Positions 37,340-45,750 of a stretch of 64,000 nt of DNA are shown here, one piece after another. The notes below the pieces were generated by a model. It saw only the letters and a program-made list of their open reading frames with translations, had not been told where the DNA came from and made no database searches. The translations under genes and the position numbers were made by a program. How positions within the stretch are numbered: position 1 is the stretch's first letter; each line of letters starts with the position of its first letter. This DNA is from Candidatus Hadarchaeota archaeon (lineage in GTDB: Archaea > CAYQAE01 > CAYVLA01). The stretch covers positions 128,001 through 192,000 of the forward strand of contig CAZUNO010000002.1 of NCBI GenBank assembly GCA_964621445.1. The letters run 5' to 3'.

Positions 37340-38046
37340 ATTTGGAAGTATCCAAGATCCTTCTCTCAAACACTGTGAACAGGCTCTGGGAACAGGTCTC
37401 ATGCAGTATCGGCGAACTGGACCTGCCCAGGGAGAAATGTGTCATGGTGGATGACACTGGGCCGGCTATCCGTGCCTGTTTAAAGGACAGCGCATCTGCC
37501 CATCAGCTCTACATCCTCCACATAGTCAGGGTTTTTCAAGCTCTGGAACAGGGAAATACCGGTCGAGACCAGGCTCTCGCTAGTCAAGGATCTGTCATCC
37601 ACCCTCTTCTCCTTGGTGGGGTCGGTGAAGAAACACCTCCTCTCACCCAACCTGGCAAGGATGAGGCGGAGGATCACCAGACCTTGGAGGCCCTGGGCAG
37701 CTATGTGGCAAGACTCAAGAAAGAGGGATCCGTCTCTGCAGCCAGCTTTGTTTCCAGGTCTGTCTAGGAAATGGTTGTCTTCACCAGGCTGGCCCTGGAA
37801 CACGTCAAGATCCTTTAAACCGTCAACCTGATGGAGAGGCTGATGGGCGAGGTGCCAAGAGAGTCAAGAACATGTTGGCACACTGGTCCCAGAGAGGACT
37901 AAAAAATCTGCTAACCCTACTCCTGGTCAGATACACCAACAAAAACCTGTATAAATCCGCATGTAAACACATCTACCACCAAACCGAAACCACAACCAAC
38001 ACGCTCAGATGCAAGACACAAAGATAGCCACTAACAGAACAGCACC
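37340..38046 (+). mobile_element. degraded ISH6-like (IS256/Mutator-related) transposase remnant
   Basis: Reconstructed 'CVMVDDTG..HQLYILHIVR..AASFVSRSV*EMVVFTRLAL..*TVNLMERLMGEV/AKRVKNMLAHWSQRGLKNLLTLLLVRYTN'. Stops at 37765 and 37816, frameshift near 37853. 5' part missing. Confidence 0.75.
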
Positions 38047-38281
38047 AATTATTTTCATATAATATGATGCCTAACTATGGGTATAGGTTCAATAACTCGA
38101 GTTTGAATAAGAATTCCTACCTTTATCCCCTTTCAATCACCCGACATCTTCATTCCACATAATAGGCCCCCCCAATTTATGGTATTGGTCAAGCCCTTTT
38201 CACTTATGGTCCAAATCCTGGTTATACGTGATCTTTTGATCCCACCGGGTTGTAATCCTTTACTTGATGACCTTACATACT

Positions 38282-38563
38282 CTATTCAACTTCGCCGAAG
38301 CGCCCTCTAGATATGTTCTTAAGCTCCCTGGACCTAAGCTCCGACACCATATAGTCCAATACTTTATCGGCGGAGGTACCTAATACTTCCTTCAGCTCCC
38401 GTTTGAAGACCTGTGGATTTTGTGGAATCTCTCCACCCATATATTCCAACGCTCGAGAGGCCAGCGAATCGCCCAGGATTTCCACTAGGCTATATTTAGC
38501 AAGACGACGGAATTCACGAGGAGAGACCAACTTCTTAGATACATCTGCAAATTCATCCTCCAT
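38282..38563 (-). CDS. small helical signalling-associated protein (DUF3227/NitrOD5-like)
   Basis: 'LVEILGDS...NPQVFKRELKEVLGTSADKV'. Downstream of the receiver gene. Confidence 0.55.
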   Translation of the reverse strand: MEDEFADVSKKLVSPREFRRLAKYSLVEILGDSLASRALEYMGGEIPQNPQVFKRELKEVLGTSADKVLDYMVSELRSRELKNISRGRFGEVE

Positions 38564-38629
38564 CTATCCACCCCCCCCCCGTAATTAGGGCATAGACGAT
38601 CGGAAATTGATAGGATCATCTTGTTATAT

Positions 38630-39082
38630 TCAAACCTCCTTTTCCTGTTCCAACTTCCTTATCCTTGCCTCAACCCATTGCGTAACCTTCTCCTCACTCA
38701 TGGATTCGGCTTCTTCCTGTTCAGCAAGCTTTTCCTTAACCGTCTCCAACAATACATCCGGTTTAACCGGTTTGGTCAAATATCCATCCGCTCCCTGGTT
38801 AACGGAATCGACAGCGTTCTCCAAACTGGCGTGACCAGTCACCATAACCTTCATCATCATGGGCCTTGACTCATGGAGCTTTCTAAGTAGTGTAGTCCCA
38901 TTCATTCCTGGGAGCTTTATATCTAGAAAAGCTAGATCATAGTAGTTCTGTTTTGATAAATCACACGCATTCTCCGCCGATTCAGCAAAATCGACCTGGT
39001 ATCCTTCCGACTTCAAGATACTCTCAAAGCTCTCTAGTATCGCCTTGTCGTCATCCACGATCAGAATTTTCTTCTCAACCAT
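38630..39082 (-). CDS. stand-alone response regulator (receiver plus short helical tail)
   Basis: ILIVDDD, LDIKLPGMNG, VTGH, YLTKP. Confidence 0.93.
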   Translation of the reverse strand: MVEKKILIVDDDKAILESFESILKSEGYQVDFAESAENACDLSKQNYYDLAFLDIKLPGMNGTTLLRKLHESRPMMMKVMVTGHASLENAVDSVNQGADGYLTKPVKPDVLLETVKEKLAEQEEAESMSEEKVTQWVEARIRKLEQEKEV

Positions 39083-39278
39083 TTTGAAATCCCCTTTCAC
39101 TTACGGCAAGTACCAAAAACCCTCTGCTCTGTGACCACATAACATCATTAAGTTTTGATGATCTAGGTTCATATAGTTACTACATTTCTAAAAAGGGCCC
39201 AATATCGTTAAAAATACTTCCCAATCTATCGTGAATATATTGAGACTTTTCCAATAATATGATAAAAAGTATTGCTTT

Positions 39279-40631
39279 TCAGAGATCCTTTGGTAATTCT
39301 CGAGTTTCTCGCTCCAGAAAGGCCAACTGCCTTTCTTTGAAACAGTTTCGCGGAACTACCAGCAGAAGCCTGGACTCGTTCTGAACCACATTATCTCTGA
39401 TGTCATAAAGAGAGTTCATTGTCCTCTCGAAGCCATTGTTCAGTACCAGGTATTCGAGGCCATCAAGAAATACAATTCCCCTGGAAGTCTCATCGAGAAA
39501 TGATTTAGTTAAATCACTAACTATACCCACATTAGAAGACCCTAAGGCCTCATCCATTCCATCTTCGTTTGATAACCACACGTAACGAACGTTATCAGCA
39601 TCTAATTCATTTCTTATACCATCCGGGTTTCTTCTGGTGATGCATAGACCAGGAACTCCACTCTTGACCAGTTCTCCGAATATTTTCAGCATCCTTTCGT
39701 CTTCATTGAATGAATATATACCTTCTTCCTTTAACCCCATGTACTTGCCATCAACCCTACGGCTTCCTATTTCGATCTCTTTGAAGGATTTCAGGATACC
39801 GCTCTTGAGAACATACAAACCTAGACTAATGGTAACAAGAAGAGCGGCCAAGCCTGAAAGAAAGTAAATCAAATCTCCGTATCTACTGCTACCAAACTGA
39901 TTCAATGAGTAATTTAGTGGATGTAACCCGATCAGTAGTGATGCAGAAGCGCCTATCAATACCAAAGAAATTCTCCGCTCTCCGGAAAGTTCTTTTACCC
40001 GACGATTTACCAAAATAGGGACGACCACCACGAATATCCCAGAACCAATTATGAACAGAGCCCCTGGTCGCTGCAGGAGAGATCCCGCCTGAAACCTCCC
40101 CAATCCCTCCAAGATAATTCCAATAGCTCCAATAATTAATGGTAGGTAAACAATTAGATGGCTTTCCACGCCAAGGGGTCTTGCCACTCCTCTGCCAATA
40201 ATCATCAGAAACCAGCTCAGTAACCCGGCCATGGCAAGAATAACTAAATCAGTAAACACTGGACTAAAATAGATAGCAAATTCAGGTACTAGATTCAGAA
40301 AAGAATAGATGAAGAGAAGCAGGAGCACACCCAAACAGGGCACGAATGGTTTTTTGCGCAGTATCTTCCTAGCAATAGTGGATCCCGCAACAGCACCCAG
40401 CACACCATTTAGTTCCTCCTTGATCCCTTCCGGGTCATCGAATAGTCCCTTCCTCTCCAAATGGCCCGCTAATGCTCCTCCCGGTCCTGGACCCAGAAAA
40501 TTTCTCAGTCTTTCAATTAATTCACTCCGTCTTGAATTACGATACTGGTACCACTTGACAAATAGCCATGCTGAAAATCCGAATGATGATAAGGAAACCA
40601 TAACCCAAATTATTTCAGATATTACATTCAA
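39279..40631 (-). CDS. multi-TM DUF835 protein with inserted small helical domain
   Basis: GLCITRRNP, VWLS, VFLDGLEYLVLNNGF. Soluble insert after TM1. Confidence 0.85.
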   Translation of the reverse strand: MNVISEIIWVMVSLSSFGFSAWLFVKWYQYRNSRRSELIERLRNFLGPGPGGALAGHLERKGLFDDPEGIKEELNGVLGAVAGSTIARKILRKKPFVPCLGVLLLLFIYSFLNLVPEFAIYFSPVFTDLVILAMAGLLSWFLMIIGRGVARPLGVESHLIVYLPLIIGAIGIILEGLGRFQAGSLLQRPGALFIIGSGIFVVVVPILVNRRVKELSGERRISLVLIGASASLLIGLHPLNYSLNQFGSSRYGDLIYFLSGLAALLVTISLGLYVLKSGILKSFKEIEIGSRRVDGKYMGLKEEGIYSFNEDERMLKIFGELVKSGVPGLCITRRNPDGIRNELDADNVRYVWLSNEDGMDEALGSSNVGIVSDLTKSFLDETSRGIVFLDGLEYLVLNNGFERTMNSLYDIRDNVVQNESRLLLVVPRNCFKERQLAFLERETRELPKDL

Positions 40632-41064
40632 AATTCAAGCACCAAGGATCGACCCTGGGTCGGTTGATATAAGGCCGCTTCTGGAATATTGAATATGTTG
40701 AGCGATAAAAGTTTTGAGTTTCAAGGGATGCTCCCATTGCGATTTTCAATCCGAATGCTCTAAATCGCAAGGCTTTTTCATAGTTTATGAAATTATCATG
40801 CTTTTTGGAGAATATCCCCCTGCACTTTTCTGGACAAAAAGTCCGAAGTAAAAGATGAGTGACTATAAAATAACCCACGATTTCCCGGAAAATCTCTGCC
40901 AGGGGAAATGGCTGGATGTGAGATCGAATACCGAATCGGCGCTTTCCAAGATCATTTTTCAGCGTAAAATTCCTAGTATAGTAATTCCACCAAGTCAGGC
41001 TGAGCCCCAATCGGGAAGACCTTTATTCGTGTCCTCCCAACCCAATTGAGAGGATACATTTCCC

Positions 41065-42315
41065 TTGATTAACTCAATTAATATCACCGGTAAATTGAAT
41101 CAGTACCTGGATATCCTAGCCAGGATTTGCTTATTTCTCGTATGGATAGCACTGATGTCACCCGCTGTGAACTGTTTTGATGATTCTAACAGAGCAAAGG
41201 TCCTTTACATTGGTGACACCGGCTTTGAAACCTGGCGGGATATCGCCGGAGACCCCCTCTTGATCACCACAGCGGTCCCAGCAAGTGTGGGTCATTTTCC
41301 AAGTGATCAAATTGAAAGGTACATGAGGCAATACATTCCCAGGACTTACACAAGGTACTCATCTGATGTGGACCTGCTCATACTGAGTGATACAGACCGC
41401 CAGCTTTTCACCACGAAGCAACAAACCTGGTTCAAGAAGGGCGTTTTTGAGGAAGGCCAAGGATTAATCATGGCTGGAGGGCTTGAGGCCTTCGGAGGAG
41501 CCGGGTGGGGGAGTTCCTGGGAGGGTTCCTCAGTTGCTGATGTACTCCCCGTGAATCTTTTGACCGGTGAGGTATGGAATCTGCATCCATTCCATGCCAG
41601 ACCAACCGAGGAATCGTCAAATCATCCCCTAATCACCTCCCTCCCCTGGAACACTATGCCCACTTTTGGCGGTATGAATAGGGTAACCACCAAGACATGG
41701 GCGGAGGTGCTTCTGAAGGCAGCTGGACCTGGAATTAGCTCCTCCGAGAATCTACCGGTTCTAGTCCATGGGGAAGTGGGGGAGGGTTCATCTCTGGCCC
41801 ATACACCTGACTGGAACCCTGGTTGGGGAGGCAGGGTTATGAGGGAATGGGAGTATTACCCAGATTATCTGATTAATATGGCATATCTGATGGTCGGTGT
41901 TTCCATACCGCAGAATCTGCAGTTATCACACCTGGTGAGAACCGAGTTGGCAAACCATATTCAGCGGATGAGCGTCACCCTGTCCTTTCTCGAGTTCGCC
42001 GAGGATTTTGGCGCCAACATACACCCCCTGGAAATGCGTCTATCAAAGGCAGCCCAAATGAAGGATGAGGCCGATGCTTTGTATATCGATCAGGATCTTG
42101 AGGCTGTTCTGGAAAAGATGAGGCAGGTCCGGGATCTGATGGATGATATAAACCAGCAGGCCATAGAACTCAAGGACAGGGCCCTTGTCTGGGTCTACGC
42201 CGTGGAGTGGCTGGCGGTCACCGGAACCTTCCTTGTGTGTGGGTTCATTCTGTGGACTTTGATGGTCCGTAAGAGATTCTATAAAAGAGTGGAGATGACC
42301 AAATTACAGGGTTAA
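41065..42315 (+). CDS. uncharacterised surface-protein family, paralog 2
   Basis: RYMRQYIPRTY, GLIMAGGLEAFGG..W..SSVADVLPV (DUF1355-like), FAEDFGAN, ALVWVYAVEW. Confidence 0.85.
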   Translation: MINSINITGKLNQYLDILARICLFLVWIALMSPAVNCFDDSNRAKVLYIGDTGFETWRDIAGDPLLITTAVPASVGHFPSDQIERYMRQYIPRTYTRYSSDVDLLILSDTDRQLFTTKQQTWFKKGVFEEGQGLIMAGGLEAFGGAGWGSSWEGSSVADVLPVNLLTGEVWNLHPFHARPTEESSNHPLITSLPWNTMPTFGGMNRVTTKTWAEVLLKAAGPGISSSENLPVLVHGEVGEGSSLAHTPDWNPGWGGRVMREWEYYPDYLINMAYLMVGVSIPQNLQLSHLVRTELANHIQRMSVTLSFLEFAEDFGANIHPLEMRLSKAAQMKDEADALYIDQDLEAVLEKMRQVRDLMDDINQQAIELKDRALVWVYAVEWLAVTGTFLVCGFILWTLMVRKRFYKRVEMTKLQG

Positions 42316-42371
42316 ACTAGCTTGTGTGAAAAGGTTTCCAATATAATATCCAATGACACGAAACAAGGACC

Positions 42372-43703
42372 TTAATCATCCCCAATCATGTGAGTGGTTT
42401 TGACAGCATGGTATAATTTGCGGCGGATCATAACCGACCACAGAAAAACCCCCGCGATCATGGCCGTCCCGCTTATCACCAGCCACTCAATGAGATACAC
42501 CCAAAAGAGGGCGCGTTGTTTGACTTCCATAGCTTTTACCTCTAGCTCGTCAAGCTTTTGGTGAACCTGGTCATATATCTCCAGTGCCTGTTCAAAATTC
42601 AATTCAATATATGCGGGCATTGCACTCTGGGATAAATCCTCGACCTCATCCAGATCCTTGACCAGGTGAAGTGTATTTGCGCCGAAGGAATCACAGAATT
42701 CGATTAGGCTCACGATTAACGACTTCCTATTCATTACATCGAACATGCTCTCCCTCAGGCGATGCGCGAGTTCGACATCCTGGGGTACCGGTCGACGATC
42801 CATGTAGATCATGAGATTTGCTCCAAAATCCAGGGCATATTCCCAGGGATCAGCTCTCGTGCACATGCTGTGGGACTGACCGGGCTCTGAGCTGGGGCCT
42901 ATTATCTCCCCGCTCACGGCAAAGGTACGAGCGCCGCCGTCTAGTTCCCAGGTAACCATTGCCGGATGCTGGGAAAAGGAAACGCTCTCAATATAGGCCA
43001 GCATTTGAGCCCCCGCCCTGAGCTTGACCAAGTTGTGGTGAAAATTACTCATGAAAGGCTGTTTTCGGTCCCAGGGAAGGCTACTCATGAAATCATTCTC
43101 TGGCTCATTGATCTTCATGAAGAGGCGGTACTTCGGTTTCATGATGTAGGTATTCTCTACACACTCCACCGGGAGTATGTCCCCCACGGCTGTACCGCCC
43201 CATGAAGGACGGCCAAATGCACCCCCAAAACTTTCCCAACCCCCGAACATCACCAAACCCAACCCACCCCTTCTGGGCCCCCGCGCCAGCATCTCTATGT
43301 ACTTATCACCCAAAGCCAAAGTATTGGCATTGGCCAGCACGATAACGTCAAAACGGGTATTAAGATCCTGGTAGGTGCGAGGCATATATAGACGGATGAA
43401 TCGGTAGACATCGGTCTCGGCGTCCGCCCTCATTGCCGGTGCCGGACCAAATCCAGCCCAGTCCCTGAGCGTAGCCTGCACGAAGCTCATACGGAACAAG
43501 GGATCTGATCTCATCCACCAAAAGGGGGCAGAACGAGCCAGACACCCGATGTATATTACCCCAATCCTTTCATCATTGGATGGGGCTGCCATGGCCATAG
43601 GTCCCAAGGCAAGGAGGGCTACCAAGATAATGAACCCAACATACATTCCCCGGATTGGATGGACCAGGCGGCTTTCCGACCCTTTTCCCCTATCTTGAAT
43701 CAA
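42372..43703 (-). CDS. uncharacterised surface-protein family, paralog 3
   Basis: RFIRLYMPRTY, GLVMFGGWESFGG, FCDSFGAN, ALFWVYLIEW. Confidence 0.85.
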   Translation of the reverse strand: MIQDRGKGSESRLVHPIRGMYVGFIILVALLALGPMAMAAPSNDERIGVIYIGCLARSAPFWWMRSDPLFRMSFVQATLRDWAGFGPAPAMRADAETDVYRFIRLYMPRTYQDLNTRFDVIVLANANTLALGDKYIEMLARGPRRGGLGLVMFGGWESFGGAFGRPSWGGTAVGDILPVECVENTYIMKPKYRLFMKINEPENDFMSSLPWDRKQPFMSNFHHNLVKLRAGAQMLAYIESVSFSQHPAMVTWELDGGARTFAVSGEIIGPSSEPGQSHSMCTRADPWEYALDFGANLMIYMDRRPVPQDVELAHRLRESMFDVMNRKSLIVSLIEFCDSFGANTLHLVKDLDEVEDLSQSAMPAYIELNFEQALEIYDQVHQKLDELEVKAMEVKQRALFWVYLIEWLVISGTAMIAGVFLWSVMIRRKLYHAVKTTHMIGDD

Positions 43704-43834
43704 ATCTGATCCCCATTTACATTAACGGAATATTTCTCTAATGGAAAACTCGGGGATAGCGTATATATTTTGCGCGTAACATCTATCAAAGCGTCGGGTT
43801 ATCGGAAAGCAGCAACTCACGAAAAATGGCCAGT

Positions 43835-45106
43835 CTATGATTTGAAGCTTGTAGTTTTCACTTCTTTATAGGCCGACCTTCTCACCATCAGCGTCCAGAG
43901 TACCGCGCCGCTTAACATGCTGGTCCCAGAAACGGTAAACCACTCAATTACGTAAACCCAGAAAAGTGCCTCATCCTTGGCCTCCATGGCCTGGGTCGAT
44001 GCCTTGTCAAGGCTTTCCAGCCCGTTCTCCACGGCGGCCAGTGCTTCCTCGTACTCTCCGTTAACGTAAAATCGGATTACCTTTTTCCTACTTTCTTCAG
44101 ACTCCATCAGGGTATTCGATGCCTTCTGGGTGTTTGCACCGAACTTCTCTGCGAAATCGATAACTGAAATCGCATACCTCCTCACGGAGAAAAACCTTGT
44201 CAGACTGGTTCGAAGTTCCATTACCAGGGACATGTCCTGGGGTATTTCAACTCTGGCTATCCAGTAAATCATATTGCTAACTATAATGGGAGCGAAATCG
44301 GATCTATGGAAATCCTCTGGACCGTTCCCTCCCCAGTCATGTACAAAGGCCTCGCTCATACCCTCACCCATTTCGCTATAAACCAGCACCGGACTGTTTG
44401 CAGGATACCTGTCGGTTTTCCCGACCACCACAGAGCCCTGCCTCGCGGTCACCCTGTTTCGGCAGAACAGTGGGATGGTGTTCCAGGGAATGTTCTTCAC
44501 CAGCGGATGGTCCTTATGCTCCTCGGGAACCACAAGATGGTACTTCTTGTCCAGAGTCCAGAAATCCCTGTGACAATCAACCGGGAGTATCTCTCCAATG
44601 GTGGTGCCCTGCCAGCTGGGATGATTTAGAGAACCTCCAAAGGACTGGGGACCACCTGCCATCAGGAAGCCAAGGCCGTATTCCAGAACACCCTTATTTA
44701 CCCACCGCTGGATTTTCTCCGGGAAAAACGGTTCTCTGGCATCCGTTATTATCACCACATCGTATCCTTCGGTAACTTGCCTTTCCACCCGGGGGAAGTA
44801 AACCCTTAGTGTCCTGGCCGCCACGCTTATGGTCTGATATTCCCCGGTAAGAAACTCCACCGGGACCGGATTCAAATCTATCATGGGGTCTTCGGCCATT
44901 AATGGGGTGACAAAGCCGGCCTCCATAAGTGCATCGCCCATGAACAGGACACGGATCATGCCCGTCTCCGGGTCGACCTTTGGCTCGACGCTCAAAGCTA
45001 TGTTGAGAGCCAGAAGCATGACGAGGTAGGCCAACATGATCTTCATGATAGAGGTCAGGTAAGATGCTTCCCAAAATCTGGGTAGATTGATCCTATCATC
45101 GTTCAA
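43835..45106 (-). CDS. uncharacterised surface-protein family, paralog 4
   Basis: RTLRVYFPR, GFLMAGGPQSFGG, FAEKFGAN, ALFWVYVIEW. Confidence 0.85.
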   Translation of the reverse strand: MNDDRINLPRFWEASYLTSIMKIMLAYLVMLLALNIALSVEPKVDPETGMIRVLFMGDALMEAGFVTPLMAEDPMIDLNPVPVEFLTGEYQTISVAARTLRVYFPRVERQVTEGYDVVIITDAREPFFPEKIQRWVNKGVLEYGLGFLMAGGPQSFGGSLNHPSWQGTTIGEILPVDCHRDFWTLDKKYHLVVPEEHKDHPLVKNIPWNTIPLFCRNRVTARQGSVVVGKTDRYPANSPVLVYSEMGEGMSEAFVHDWGGNGPEDFHRSDFAPIIVSNMIYWIARVEIPQDMSLVMELRTSLTRFFSVRRYAISVIDFAEKFGANTQKASNTLMESEESRKKVIRFYVNGEYEEALAAVENGLESLDKASTQAMEAKDEALFWVYVIEWFTVSGTSMLSGAVLWTLMVRRSAYKEVKTTSFKS

Positions 45107-45213
45107 CTTAATCGCTCCTAGCCTGTAGGATTTCCCTGGTCATGGGTATTGATCAAGGTTTGTTAATTCTTCCTTTGATCCCTTACAATTTCCGGTTGGT
45201 TGAATTCCCAATA

Positions 45214-45750
45214 TCAGATATATGATAGATCCTTTAGTTTCCCCATTATTGCCCTTGCACTATCCTCCGGGGTCTGCTTCTCCGTATCCACTACGATCTC
45301 TGGGTTTTCCGGTTCCTGGTACGGATCTTGAATTCCGGTCATGTCCTTGATCTCCCCCTTAAGTGCCTTTTCGTACAACCCCTTGGGGTCTCTCTGAATG
45401 CAGGTGTCAATTGTAGCCTTGGCAAAAACCTCTACGAAATTGCCGAGCTCCTCCCGGGCATAGCGCCTTATCTCCCGGTAAGGAGATATGAGACAAACTA
45501 TGACCGCGGCGCCGTGCTTTACCAAGAGTTTACTCATGTGTATGACTCTCTTGTTATGTAGAGAACGGTCCTCCTTGGAGAAACCTAGATCCGGGGAAAG
45601 CTTTTCCCTCACCCAATCCCCGTCAAAGACCTCAACTGCCAAATCCTCTCCCTCCAGCATCGGCGCCAGTTCATTGGCTATTGTCGTCTTTCCGGACCCC
45701 GGGAGCCCGGTGATCCAGATCACGAATCCTCTTCCATTACTCTCCTTCAT
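45214..45750 (-). CDS. cysC: adenylylsulfate (APS) kinase
   Basis: WITGLPGSGKTT, DGDWVR, LGFSKEDR, RDPKGLY, TGIQDPYQEP. Confidence 0.95.
   Translation of the reverse strand: MKESNGRGFVIWITGLPGSGKTTIANELAPMLEGEDLAVEVFDGDWVREKLSPDLGFSKEDRSLHNKRVIHMSKLLVKHGAAVIVCLISPYREIRRYAREELGNFVEVFAKATIDTCIQRDPKGLYEKALKGEIKDMTGIQDPYQEPENPEIVVDTEKQTPEDSARAIMGKLKDLSYI

Noticed and set aside
37276-37767. 163-aa ORF as an intact gene
   Set aside because: It is a fragment of the decayed transposase with a spurious N-terminus.
40615-41010. 131-aa ORF in AT-rich intergenic DNA
   Set aside because: No recognisable motif and atypical composition; probably a promoter region.
41065-45106. Recent tandem duplication or DGR-type diversification of the paralog family
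   Set aside because: No obvious nucleotide-level repeats between paralogs and no reverse transcriptase in the window; divergence looks ancient.
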